DNA of 63,009 nt, counting the filler, from Octopus bimaculoides (lineage: Eukaryota), in NCBI RefSeq assembly GCF_001194135.2. It is 8 parts of 8 records of this genome, joined end to end, with 100 filler letters (N's around TTAATTAATTAA, not from the genome) between each part and the next. Parts side by side here need not be neighbours in the genome. Positions count along the whole stretch, not along the records: positions 30,180 to 38,881 come from NC_068997.1; positions 38,982 to 52,964 come from NC_068983.1; 6 more parts are not named here. One strand, 5' to 3'. Below the pieces are notes generated by a model. It ran no database searches. It was not told the origin of the DNA and saw only the letters and a list, made by a program, of their open reading frames with translations. Below, one piece after another: positions 36,888-50,379 of this stretch; the stretch's first letter is position 1; each line of letters opens with the position of its first letter. A program made the position numbers and the translations under genes.

Positions 36888-37777
36888 GCAAGTGTACCGG
36901 TATGAATGTATGTGTGTGTGTGTGCGTGTGTATGCGTATTGTTATATTTGGGGGTGATTATATCTTTTTGCCAATTACCCACACGCATTTTATACTGGGT
37001 CTTCACTTCAGCTTCATCATTATTCTTATTTTAATATCCTTTGACATCTCAACCGGCACCGAGATGAGAAGAGTCAATATGAATCGTATACTCTTTGTGT
37101 GAAAAATCATAAACGATAAATAAATTTTTAATTCACCTGAAGAAAACGTCTTTTATTACATGATGTAACTGATTTGTTAATTAATTAAAAAAAAACGCAT
37201 CTGAAACAGCTGTAGTACACCTCAGCCTATATGCGTTATAATTTATACTACCGCCTACTTGGAACCTTGTATGTACGGTAGGCTGTGGATTGCATGACGG
37301 AATATTCTCTTTTGTGATTTTACGTACACGTTGGGGTGTTTTGTTCTATACATATGAATATATGCGTAACTGGAAGGAAAAATTCGTATTTCCTTTAGTA
37401 AGTACATGGATGTTCGTAAACACCATTAATACACAGGTATGCTATCTCCGACTCTACCATGGTGCCTTTGTTATTAGAATATGTTGATTCCATTGGATCC
37501 TGAAAATATATATACACATATATTTACATGGAGCTTAACTATGGTCTATCCACAGCACTTACTCAGCATTAACTGACACCTTGTGGGTCTTACTGACACC
37601 ATTACCTCATATATAATATATNNNNNNNNNNATATATATATATATATACATACATACATACATACATACATATACATTTACGTATATATATATACACACA
37701 CACTACACACATGTTTTTCAATTGCATAGATAAATTAAGAAATGGAGTTAAACGCCGGTGTTATTCAAATCTTTATA

Positions 37778-37866
37778 TTTCCGACATATGTTTCGAAGAA
37801 ACCATTAGTATTCTTCCCGAGGAAATAAAATGATGTAAAACAATGCGATCTTCTCATCAGGCAAAA
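37778..37866 (-). ncRNA. Minimal type I hammerhead ribozyme (PLE-type)
   Basis: Minus strand: tttgc-CTGATGA-GAAGA...TCTTC-GAA-ACATATGT-C-ggaaa. It has a 5-bp stem II base, palindromic stem III, GUC triplet, and a stem I with one mismatch. Confidence 0.7.
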
Positions 37867-37947
37867 AAAAAGAGAGAAACAAAACAAACACATCAATAAG
37901 ACATTAAAACCGGTTAAAATGGCTTTTTAATGTGTTTTCTTTCTCTT

Positions 37948-38037
37948 TTTCTCCTGATGAGATGATTACTTTCTTTTTACATCATTTTATTCCCTCAGGA
38001 ATAATACCAATATTCTCTTCGAAGTATATGTCGGAAG
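37948..38037 (+). ncRNA. Degenerate hammerhead copy (GAAAC mutated to GAAGT)
   Basis: CTGATGA at 37954-37960, ...cttcGAAGTatatGTCggaag at 38017-38037. Confidence 0.5.
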
Positions 38038-38843
38038 TATAAAGATTTGAATAACACCTGCGTTTAACTCCATTTCTTAATTTATCTATGCCATCCAAAA
38101 ACATTTCATGAAACTCTGGAATTTCTACCTTTATAAGTAGGCTGTAACATCCTTGGCACTTCAGTGAATTTTTGCTACCCTGGTAACTATTTAGTCGTTT
38201 TTTCCCTGTTATTTGTACACATTGAAAAATTACACATACATTTATATATATACATACATACATACACACATATATATATATATATATATATANNNNNNNN
38301 NNATATATATATATATATATATATCCATTTAGTATTATTTCCCATTACTCCTCTCTCCCTCACACCTCCATATCTCCATATAATTATTCCTTTTCCGAAA
38401 CTCTTTCACATTTCTTCACTTCCTTCCATTCATTTTCTTTCACTCATTTCACACACACATCCAAACATTTACCCTCTCGTTTCCCTTCATCATTCCCTAA
38501 CACTCCTAACTCTAAAGGTCTCTCTCTTACTCCCAGTATATCATCTTTATATATTTCATTTCTTCTCTCCCTACATCTCCCCCACCTGTCTCTCACTATC
38601 TCTTCCCCCTCACACACACACACACCCAAACTCTCACACTCACATCAAACTATTTTCTGTCTAGTTTTGTATCTTTTTTCCTGTGTCCCACTCTGTCTTT
38701 ACCTTTCTCACTTTCTCCCTTTATTTATATACACATATAAACAAACACACACACACACACACACATTTATATATACATACATATATGTTAATGTCTATAT
38801 TTATAATGTGATTATATACACACACCTATATATCCTTACACAC

Positions 38844-38881
<38 letters not shown>

Positions 38882-39083
38882 NNNNNNNNNNNNNNNNNNN
38901 NNNNNNNNNNNNNNNNNNNNNNNNNTTAATTAATTAANNNNNNNNNNNNNNNNNNNNNNNNNNNNNNNNNNNNNNNNNNNNTTTGATCGACCCCCCTTTT
39001 TTTCTTCCCCCTCCCAAAAAGAAAAGCTCTACATTGTATTTGTCCCATCTTCGTTGAGCCCTGTGTGGCTAATAAAAGAAATG

Positions 39084-39132
<49 letters not shown>

Positions 39133-40899
39133 CTCTATCTCATATATATAGAAAGATAGATAGATAAACAGATAGATAGATAGGTAGGTAGCTTACTGTT
39201 ACTTTAAGGTAGGCCAACAAAATGTCCTCCATCCAGTAAGACAAATATTATTTAATGTACGCAGTACGAAGATAAGAGCCACTAATAGTTTCATGCTGAC
39301 AATATACATGTCTAGGCAAGTTTTTTAAGCAATCTTCTGTTCTATGATCTATTCTATTTGAAAATCAGGACGCTGGTACGCGAGAAATCATGAGAAAAAA
39401 CGTGAAGAAGATTTATGCAAAAAGTGGAAGCGTGAATAAAAACAGAAAGAAAAATAAAAAGAAAGAAAATTAAAAATTACATCCCTTTTGATCGTAGAAT
39501 CATAATTAAACTAATTATTGCACAATAATTTAACGGAGAATGGCTCAAAGTCTGTGAGACAGTTTTTCAATCTGGAGAGGGTGATATCGCCCAGTCTGCC
39601 ATAGGAAATTTGTCCATTTGCTTGCATTTTCAGAAAATTTCAGATCTCGAATCAAGTAGTGGGGCAGAGTTCTTAGAGTTAAAAAGAAAATGCGATGCAT
39701 AATTTGCATTTCTTAGATTCATTAACATATAGTACAGATTTCTATGATTCTCCACTTGAAAGTATGTTGAGTGCAGTTGGTCTTCATACCCCAACTTAGT
39801 GGCTTTCCTTTTGTCGATGTGCTAAAAAGAAGACTAGTGGTTTTGAAATTGCCTTCGCATAGACCGATGTAACTTTTCTTTTCATTTACACTGTCTCGAA
39901 GTGTTGATGAGGCAGAAGTCATTAGCATTAATGACAAACGGTGTCAAAGACGAGAATTCCAAAATTTAAATTTGTTCAAACTTAAATAGAGGCATGCATT
40001 TGGCTTGGGCTATAGACATACAAGGAAGGTTGAGTGTGATTTTGTGTCAGTACAATGACAAATCCAAACATTTTCAGTGTTATCAGCACGTCTCATGGAA
40101 GCAAACCATACATACCAGACATTAGAACCAATGAGATTATATAATATTTTGTGTAAAAATAATTTGCTGTTTAAGTAATTGAAAATTATGGCATAAATAC
40201 ATCTCTCAAGAATGATTTCTGCTTAAAAAATAGACAGCAAAGCTCAGACTATCATATTTAGTGTAGCGTGTCAAAACAGATTTTAGACAGTTGTAATTAC
40301 GTCCGTAATAAAATTATAAATATTAATGGCAATTTTTATAATTGAATACAAAGGAAACTATTAAATTATTCACGGCTAGCAGATGATTAAACACGGTAAT
40401 CATCTTCTGGTTGATATTTGCTTGTAGTAAGATATAAATGGAAATTGATAAGTTAGGATAATTTTGTACATCGATGGGAGGAATGGTATCTCACATAATG
40501 GGACTGACACTTGGACAGATATGTAGAAAAAATAATTTCCAAATCAGATCAAAAATGTTTTTTTTTTTTCTTCTTTCAGCTGAAGGGTTTGTTATGATAT
40601 GTTAGATTGCACTGTAAGATACAGAAGCTGGTAGAAAGTGAGCAACGGAATATATGAATAAATCATTGCATTGACTTGTTTGGCAACTAACATTAATCAA
40701 AAGATATCAGTTTGGCGATAGGATCGCTACAGGAACTATGTCAGATGTCGTTTCTCTATTCCAACCGTAGCAAAGATTAAAACACACACACACACACAGA
40801 CACACACACACACAATCTCCCACACAGATAAACGCATACGCATGTATGTTTATGCCTACATGTGGCCATCGATCGATCCATCCATCCATCCATGCATCC

Positions 40900-40914
40900 A
40901 TCCATTCATCTATT

Positions 40915-40971
<57 letters not shown>

Positions 40972-40990
40972 ATGTCTGTGTGTTTGTGTG

Positions 40991-41037
<47 letters not shown>

Positions 41038-41382
41038 NNNNNNNNNNNNNNNNNNNNNNNNNNNNNNNNNNNNNNNNNNNNNNNNNNNNNNNNNNNNNNN
41101 NNNNNNNNNNNNNNNNNNNNNNNNNNNNNNNNNNNNNNNNNNNNNNNNNNNNNNNNNNNNNNNNNNNNNNNNNNNNNNNNNNNNNNNNNNNNNNNNNNNN
41201 NNNNNNNNNNNNNNNNNNNNNNNNNNNNNNNNNNNNNNNNNNNNNNNNNNNNNNNNNNNNNNNNNNNNNNNNNNNNNNNNNNNNNNNNNNNNNNNNNNNN
41301 NNNNNNNNNNNNNNNNNNNNNNNNNNNNNNNNNNNNNNNNNNNNNNNNNNNNNNNNNNNNNNNNNNNNNNTAATAAAGAAAC

Positions 41383-41416
<34 letters not shown>

Positions 41417-41433
41417 GTCTGTCTGTCTGTCTA

Positions 41434-41489
<56 letters not shown>

Positions 41490-41509
41490 CCTGTCTGTCT
41501 GTCTGTCTA

Positions 41510-41552
<43 letters not shown>

Positions 41553-41560
41553 ATCTATCT
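40900..41560. repeat. (CT)n and (TATC/TGTC)n microsatellites flanking a gap
   Basis: Directly visible. Confidence 0.95.
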
Positions 41561-42220
41561 ATTTTTATTGTTGGAATGGAAAGTACAATGCATCAGAGTA
41601 ACTGACCAGCGTCAGTTCCGTCGAGATTAGATGAATTAATAAAGTATTATACATGGTTCTGATTGAATTATTTGAGATTATCTAAGTAATATATTCACAT
41701 TCTATATTGCTCAACATGACAGCTTATATGGAGGGATAGGAAATACGAGATGTAGTTTACATAGGATATACACTATCAAATTTACCGCTTCCACTTCAAA
41801 TGAAGTGAAATCCAGAGTCACTGAAACCGGGTCCTCCTACCCAAAGAGAGACATACAGCTACAGCTATTTATAGTCACTACATAATAGGGCGTAGCTAAA
41901 TCAGGACGTCTGGGTTTGATTAACGGTAATTCTGATGGTAAGACAGTTAATAAAACTGAAGATGTAATACAAAGCCTATATTGGATAATCTAAAGTAAGG
42001 AGTATCTTCGCTTATACAATCCAACTTTGGTATACAATGGAATAATCGGGAAAATGCGTCTTTATCACTTCATAAAAAGAAAAGAGTTATTGGTCTTAGA
42101 CATTATTTTCAGGTCTAAGTGGAACAACATCAAATTCTACCCATATACATTATGTGATATANNNNNNNNNNNNNNNNNNNNNNNNNNNNNNNNTATATAT
42201 ATATATATATATATATATAT

Positions 42221-42260
<40 letters not shown>

Positions 42261-43979
42261 GTGGGTATACACACATATATGATTATATGTATGCATCTAT
42301 GTTTGTGTGCTTGTGGCTTTGTGAGTATGTTTGAATGTGTGTGTGGTGTGGTATGGTGTGTGTGTGTGTGTGTGTGTGTGTGTTCTAAGAGAAGAAAAGA
42401 AACTGAAAATGCATTTCAAGTCTACGAAATTGTAATTACAACTACTGAACCGGTTTCACAATTACTTCATTTTCAAAAGTATTACGAGATAGTGAGTCTT
42501 TGAGCTATAACTAATTTGTCTCGATTCTAAGACTTTTGTGGGTGTTTTTGCCCCGAAATTTCGCGTCGCACTTTTTTGTTAAACATATATTTAATAGGTT
42601 TAGCTCTTGAAGCAGAGTTGAATATTCAACTATGTTTGATTTTATGCTTGGTTCCTTCCGTTTCCGTATTTGTTCCGGTAGTTTCAGACTAATCTTGTAT
42701 CAGAGCTGGACGATCCTGATTGGTTAGCACCCCACTCCTAACGTCATCAAATGCATTTGTGGAATTCCACTTGTTAATTTCTTACTGATGTTAATCAATA
42801 AGTTTATCCAAAGAAAACCTTTGGTCATTAAATTTATGATCTCATTATTCAATTTGGATGGTCTGGTCTTTCGAAGATGTTCCAAACATGTTATAACGAG
42901 AATCTTTGCGAAATTCTAGGCAGGAACAGTTACATATCTCTTCGGTATGTTGTCGTGGTTTAGATTCCTTAATAAACATATTTTATATATTTTTTCGTTT
43001 TCCATCTGTTTTTTTTTATCAGAAAAAAGTTTAAAAAGGAAATAGTAAGAATAAAGACTAAGAATTTTGATAATTTTTAAAACTTACGTCTATACGTACG
43101 CTTAATGGGATCTCTCTAGTGTTAGGATCTTGTAGTTGTGGCCGATAAACGGAAAGTCTGTTTCTCTAAATAAGTTTCCATTATATGGAAATTTCCATTA
43201 TATCTAATTTCTGTTATATCTGTGACGGTAATTCGAAACACTAGCCGTTAGATAATCGGTCAGAAACCACGCGCAAGCCATCACAGTTTCATGTAACCGC
43301 TTTATTAATCAACTAGTCAGCGTGAGGCTGTGACGCAATATGGTCTTCTCGCAAGGTCTTTCTTGTACACTATAAAAGACTGTTTTGTGGTTCGATTAAT
43401 TGCAGAGTGATATGCGCTTCCACTCTTGCCATCAGATGATTCCAGACGTTTACGCAGACGGCAAAGGTTAAGGACTTATGTTACCACGAAGATTCACGCA
43501 ATTGTTGTGACACAGATAGCTTTCTATAATTTCAGAGCAGTCTGTCTCTCTTCCAGTCAGCACATATTTATGTTGTACATTGTAAATACATTTATGTCCG
43601 GCAATGAATATTCAATTAGATTTTTGCGAGTTGCTTCACTTATCATTAACACATCCAACAGAATATATCTTCACTAATCAGCTCAACTCGAGTGGTAAGC
43701 AACTGGTGGTACAACAATTACTTTTTTAAAGTAAATTCAACTTTTTAGGAGAACAGCTGAATGGATTTTGTGATAGAAATATGTTCTGATTAAAATATGT
43801 ACGTCTTCTATAAGGCTGAGGCAGGCCTCACTGTGGGGGCGACCACAATTTTTGACTACCAGGGTTGTGTTTTTATTGAGTTGTTCTCTCTAAACTAAAT
43901 ATGATTTTAAAGCCACTGTTGGTTTCATAAGTAGGCACTGTGTATATAACTGCCAACCTTAACGTAACCAGTGATTAAC

Positions 43980-44021
<42 letters not shown>

Positions 44022-44899
44022 ACGTGTAATTGCACTTTGCTACATCATTCGACTCACAAGATTTTTACAGATATGCTATCGCTACATGGCGATTGCAATT
44101 GAGTTTCTGATTGCACTGTGGCAATCGATTTTCTTGTTTCGTATTTTTCTTGTATTTTATTTGTCTTTTGTTGTCGAAGGATTAAGGATAATTTATTCTA
44201 TGAATATCAAATAGAACACAAGATTTCAAGGTGACAATTTATTCGATAATTAGAAAATAAAACAACATCCAAAACGGCCAAAACCATTATAGTTCTTCTA
44301 GAAAAGAATCGGAACTAAATTTTGAACAGAAAATAAGATCTTTTATATGTTATAGCAATTTCTTTCTGTTCAGATGAATAGCGTCTTGCTTGCTAAATAA
44401 ATCTTAATTTTTGTCCATGCTCTTAAAACTCAATTTGTTCTCTAATCTCATAATTATGCTGGTTTATCTTATATATTCATGTTATTTTCATGTTGTGGTG
44501 ATGAATTTATATCGAATAAAGCAGCTGAGTATTGTACGTAAACGTTAACCCTTTAAGCAAACATCAGCTTTACACAACCGAATAGATTGGAGTCATACAA
44601 TTGCATAAATGGATGACAGGAGAATGGGCAGTAACACCACTGGACTGATTGTGTAGTTACTAACTTTGAATAGGTTTGTGACATAGTTGACCTCAGAGAA
44701 ATTTGAATTAAGTGTATGGAAGACCGGAATGAACAACGCGCAACGATCTATCCGACCGACGAACGAAGCTGCCATTTTATTTACGTTGCAGCTTTGTGTG
44801 TGAATCGAAACAATCATACATGAGCGAGAGTGATAGATACTCCAGTGGCTATGTAAACCAATCTTCGACAGTGTAGAGTTTCTCTTCCTGCTGTGCTTA

Positions 44900-45390
44900 G
44901 TAGGTTTAAAGTGAGAGTCTCCACCGTTCGCTCCCATCCGACAGATTTAGTTCCTTCTTGTTTGAGCGCAAGGGCCTTAGCTCTAACAACGCAACCTTCG
45001 TGTTTCGCTTTGAAGAAATGTTCAAGGGTCATTCTCGCCGCTAAGACGTCGGTCGCAATGTCTTTTTCTAATCGCCTCTTCTTATTTGCTATCTAATCTA
45101 CCCTCTTATCTATTCCTTTCTATTGCTAACTCTTTGCTAAATGCTATCGATTCTACTCTAATCACCCTCTTCAGGGCAGCTCACCAACGGTTGTTGACGA
45201 CTGCCCCCGTCAACTGTCACTTACCTAGTTCGCTAATCCAGTCCCTCTAGTCTTTCCATGCCAGAAAAGACGCATTTAACTTCCAGTAACCAGGTCCCTA
45301 TCTACGGATCTTATCTATCTCGACTGTGCAGATCAGTGTGATGAATGTTGTGTTCAGGGTACTAATTTCTGGGTGGAGGTCGGGTTCCTA
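44900..45390 (-). mobile_element. Tx1/L1-clade LINE ORF2 fragment (post-endonuclease linker)
   Basis: GPGYWKLNASFL at about 45265-45297, then ..AALKRVIRVESIAFSKELAIER.. and LEHFFKAKHEGCVVRAKA..KQEG. Confidence 0.75.
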
Positions 45391-45529
45391 TTAAAAAAAA
45401 AACGATTTCCTTTCAGTTTTGTGGAGATTTATCCCTAGGATATTTTTCTCGATAATCTGGAGTGTCAAAGTAATAGATGATGCTTATTTAAAGCATTTTG
45501 ACTACACACACACACACGCACACACGCAC

Positions 45530-45603
<74 letters not shown>

Positions 45604-45902
45604 GCGCACACAAATATATAAATGGCTTTCCAACTCGCACACATACACATATAAATACGCATACATTAGCATGTAGGGGGTCTATAGAGCACCACAAACA
45701 TATGGAACACACAAATACACTAAATCAACTACACACACTCACACACACATAAATACACCCAAACAACCATGCACATCCACGTATATAAACATATACACCG
45801 ATAGTCAAGCAGATGCACCCACAACATCTAGCTACTACATACCCACGCACATACAGCCACCCTTTGACTTTACACGTATGTATGTGTCTATGTATATAGG
45901 TT

Positions 45903-45933
<31 letters not shown>

Positions 45934-46499
45934 CTATGCATACACACGCACATATATATACACACATACATATATACATATACATATATATATGTATGTA
46001 CATTTTTACGTGTGTGTGTGTGTGTGTTTGAGCATATATATATAAGTGAAATGTTAGATTGAAATTACGAAATAAGCCATAAAAACTGTCAAGAAAGACA
46101 TAAAATGAATTGAGTGAAGTTGTTTGAATGGATCCGACTTTTTCATGAAAACTAAAAATAAACGACAAGAGAAAAGGCAGTCAGAGAAAAGAAGAATCTC
46201 TTGACGGACGGACAGAGGTTGAGATTTATGGCATCGTCGCTGTTGTATTAAACACATCGAGTCGTCATGAAACATCGCTGGTTGTAGCTCCTTGTTATTC
46301 TTGCAGTTGTTATTGTTGCTGTTGTCGTTGACGCTTTCGTCCAGATCAGGACTGAGTCAGCCTGATGAGCAGGACTCAAGATACTCTGCCATACGTTCGA
46401 ACTCATCGCATCGCTGCGAAATGAAATCCTCACCGATTTGCCAGTATTACTGACTGCTCCACAAAACACGTACACACAGACGCGCGCGCGCACAAAATC

Positions 46500-46557
<58 letters not shown>

Positions 46558-46582
46558 AAATTTGTGTGTGTGTGTGTATGTA

Positions 46583-46615
<33 letters not shown>

Positions 46616-46689
46616 ATATCAAATATTATATATTATGTGTTACATATATGTGTTACATATAAGTTGGCCCAGGCCATATCTAATTTAAT

Positions 46690-47210
46690 AACACCACCTG
46701 GAGGAGATACACAATCAGTTCTTGGGCACCATAGCCCATTCGTGCAGAGACTTATGGTTTTCAGAGACATATCCGGGTGTGGGTGGTTTGGCTGGAATTT
46801 GTTGGATGTAATCATTTAGGGACCATTTGAATGCTGCAAAATCACTTTCCTTCTTTATGTGGGATGGCACGTCGCTGAAGAGAGCAGGGGCAGTTGAGGT
46901 GAAATAGTTCTGTCGCAGTGTTGTGATACGACACGAACATGATTTGTGTAGTGGACGGATGGATGGCACGGGGGCCAAGTCTCCGTTGAATTTTAAAGAG
47001 GATACCGATATCATTTGGGCAATGTTGATGGAATATTTTCCACGTCATACAGAGGATATAGCGCTCATGGGCGGTGTTTGAGAGTGGTTTTTGAGTCTCG
47101 TCATGTCATCTATTTTTTAAGTGATTGTTCTTTGGGGAGCTTCAATTTTCATAATATCCTGTATCGTGTGGGAGTACCACAGCGAGCAACAGTAGTCAAG
47201 GTGAGGTAGA
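46690..47210 (-). mobile_element. CR1/L2-group LINE ORF2 C-terminal fragment
   Basis: TWKIFHQHCPNDIGILFKIQRRLG and TAPALFSDVPSHIKKESDFAAFKWSLNDYIQQIPAKPPTPGY..SLHEW. Confidence 0.75.
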
Positions 47211-47829
47211 GGAAAAGTAGAGAAAAAGTAGGATAATGGCAGGGGTGTCTCTAGACTGGAAAGTCCTGAGGATCCAGGAACACGCCCTTCGTTGCGTGTA
47301 TCAGGAATTTAGGCGTGAAATATTGTGCTCACATTTGAAGTGAAGTCAGTTGTGTGATTCGATCACGCGTTGCTTCGTGTCCGACAATGAAGTATTGGTG
47401 TAAAATTTCCATTAAATATCCCTCTACTTCGACACTGGCTCTGCATTAAATGCAATGAAAACAAATAAATACATTGTTATTAATCACTTTTTCTCCTTCA
47501 TTTTATTGCTGTCGTTGCATTGTTTAAGTTCCTCTTTCAACACAGAAAATATAAAACCGATATAATTCAATCAGTGAAATATGGTGAAAGTCATCTGGAG
47601 GGACACTTCAGCTGAAATAAAACATACTCAAATAGTAAATAAACATAGGTAGTAGATCGGATGGACTTCGTTTTCTTTTGTTAATCAGAAACAAAACACG
47701 AATTTTACTGGGTTTGAACACCACATGTTGTTCATAATAATATCATATACAGCCAAATATAGAGCAGGTTTAATTTAGACAAAAATCATTTATTTATCAA
47801 TGTCTTAGTTGTGTTAGAGATTATTGTGG

Positions 47830-48290
47830 CAATTAGAAATGCAGCCGAGTGTTATTACTACCGTTTTGAGCATCTGATTGTTTTCCTCACAGCTCAATCT
47901 ACCATGTTTCGAGTTACACATTAAACCAGAGATTTTGAGGTGGTTGGGATTATTGGATATCATCGAGCACAACACTTGATTGATACTTTATTTTATTAAT
48001 CCCAGAAAGAAGAAAAGATACTTTATGTCATTGATCCCGGAAGGAATAGATGTATTTTATTTTACTGATCTCAGAAGGAAAAAAAGTACGTTATTTTATT
48101 GAACCTGGGAAGAAAAAAGGTACTTAATTTTTGGATCCCGGAAGGAAAAAGTTATCTTATTTTATTGATTCCGGATGTGAAAAAAGGTACTTTATTTTAT
48201 TGATTCCGGAAGGAAAATTGTAATTTATTTTATTGATCCGGAAGGAGAAAAAGTATTTTATTTTATTGATCCTCGAAGTAAAAAAAGTAT
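47830..48290 (-). mobile_element. Deu(Nin)-type SINE with tandemly amplified core
   Basis: Degenerate SINE tail at 47830-47983, then 9 units of about 33-35 bp (TACTTTATTTTATTGATCCCGGAAGGAAAAAAG) matching the reverse complement of the SINE core CCTTTCATCCTTTCGGGGTCGATAAAATAAGTAC. Confidence 0.75.
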
Positions 48291-48759
48291 CTGAACTGAA
48301 AAATGTAAAACCAGAACAAATACCATAAAACACTTTTTCTGGTCCAGTAACGAACCCACCATCTTGATCCTATTGTCATTATTTATTTATGTATGCTTTA
48401 GATATAACATGATGGATTATGGTAACAGAATCCCTTTTATAATCTAAATTGGCTCATGCAGTTTACGTTCTAGTTATATTTTGAACAGCCGAGAAGAAAA
48501 AGTTCATACATGAAAACATCGTACTATGACGACCTTAGATTTAGGAAATACTGACTCAATCCTGACACGATTTGATCTCTCTACTAGCGGTGGGGTGGGG
48601 GAGGTCTGCTAATACTTTTGTTTGCACCAAAAATCTGCTGGAGGACGATTGATTACATGGACCAAGGTCATCTCACAAGAAAAGATGGAAGAATAATCTC
48701 ACTNNNNNNNNNNGAAGAGAGATATAGTGAGAAGGAGAAAGAGAGAGAGAGAGGGGGAG

Positions 48760-48799
<40 letters not shown>

Positions 48800-49185
48800 T
48801 TTTTATGAGCTAATGTAAATGTCAACATTCAATTATCTGATGTTGGAATTTGTTCTTCAGTAGAATTTGCCGATGCCATGGCCTACTGTTTTGGCTAAAT
48901 ATCTCTCCTGTGAAATCTCCTTCATTCTATTTACTATTTACTTATTCTGAAGTGTTTTGTATGTTTTTCACCTAATCAGAGCCTATCACCTCATTTTTAA
49001 CCAGTTAACCCCTCCACTCCACTGCACACATCATCCACCCAGCAGAAACTAATTTAAACAAATTGAAGTAGAAACAGCTGGTAAAATTTTAGTTGATTCA
49101 TTTTGTAAATAAACTTCACATCTGTCTTTCTGGATTAGCCGTGCATTATACATTCAGGCGAGCATATTTATTTACTTATTTATTG

Positions 49186-49238
<53 letters not shown>

Positions 49239-49968
49239 GCTAGCTAGCTAGCTATGTATGTATGAGTGCGCAATTTCGTGTATGTATACATATACGCATA
49301 TTTACATACACGCACACACACATTTATATGACCGTCGATTTTTATTTTGTTATATTTTGGGTTGGTAAGTTTTTCTTTGCCAAATAAACACACGCAATAT
49401 AAATTCGTTCTTCAGTCTTTATTATTGTTTTTATCTTATATTATGTCCATTGTCTGGGAATCTTTCGTCACACATCTGTTACCTCTTCAGTAACACATCT
49501 ATCCTCGTGTGTCGTCTCGTTCCGCCTAGTCCATTCTGTCCTTGTATGATGTGTATCCTTATCTGCACACTGTGTGTGTATGTGTGTGTGTGTGTGTGTG
49601 TGTGTACTTGGTGTGTGTGTACGTATGTGCGCACGTGCGTGTGAATACCCGTGTCTATGCATTTGGCATGTATACTTGTGTGTGTATATGGATTTGCTCA
49701 CTACCCTGTTTCTACCCGTGCCCTTTATATAGTTGATGTTAACGTTATTATCGCTGTCCTAAGAGATATCAATACTAGGTACGTTGACCTTCCCCCCGCC
49801 TATATTTTCTCTCCTGTTCTCGTAGCTGCTGCTGCTGTTCTTGAATTTTATTTTGATATTTTTCTTGTATCTGTTTTTGTTTCTGGTCGTTCATGTTATT
49901 GTCATCGTGGTAGTTGTTATTGCTGTTCGTGTTGTTGCAGCCGTTTGTGAAGTTACTGTATGTGTGTT

Positions 49969-50001
<33 letters not shown>

Positions 50002-50379
50002 TGATTTACTTACTATATTATTTATAGCCGTGCCCTTTATATATATATTCTTTTGTTTATTTATGTCTATTTCTTATATTTCGCAATAAGTATGTGCATG
50101 TTTGTCTTTTTCGTGTGTATTACATTATTTGTATCTGTGTCTTTTTCTCCTTTCTGCCTTTAGTCGCCATCTTGCGTGGTGTAGTGGTGGTGGTGGTGGT
50201 GGGTGTTATTGTTCCGTTCATGTTTTCTGTTGAAGCTCCGTCTGTCCATTACTATGTCTGTGGCTTTCATAATTTGTCTTTGTGTCGTGTCTCTTCTATG
50301 CGCTGATAATACCTTTACTTCTATGTTATTAACCGAGCTTCTTTGTTCTACTAGAGCCATTTGGTAAAGCACTGACATA

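Larger units (their letters stand above)
37722..38092. repeat. Inverted pair of pLTR-like units, each with a hammerhead core
   Basis: 37722-37910 is the reverse complement of 37925-38092 (e.g. aatggagttaaacgccggtgttattcaaatctttatatttccgacatat). Confidence 0.85.

Noticed and set aside
37982-38269. ORF with CQGC..LL..E..F as a PHF24 exon or mariner tail
   Set aside because: It mostly overlaps the antisense strand of the hammerhead-bearing repeat, and the similarity is too weak to call.
46273-46450. Signal-peptide-like hydrophobic frame (MKHRWL*LLVILAVVIVAVVVDA)
   Set aside because: It has an in-frame stop, its hydrophobicity comes from a decayed (GTT)n repeat, and there are no supporting splice sites.
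47984-48290. CRISPR-like interpretation of the ~34-bp array
   Set aside because: The units are contiguous and degenerate with no unique spacers, no cas genes are present, and the context is eukaryotic. SINE-core amplification explains it.
49455-49500. Minus-strand CTGAAGA...GAAA hammerhead candidate
   Set aside because: Stem II is weak, and no compatible stem III/NUH or stem I could be built.
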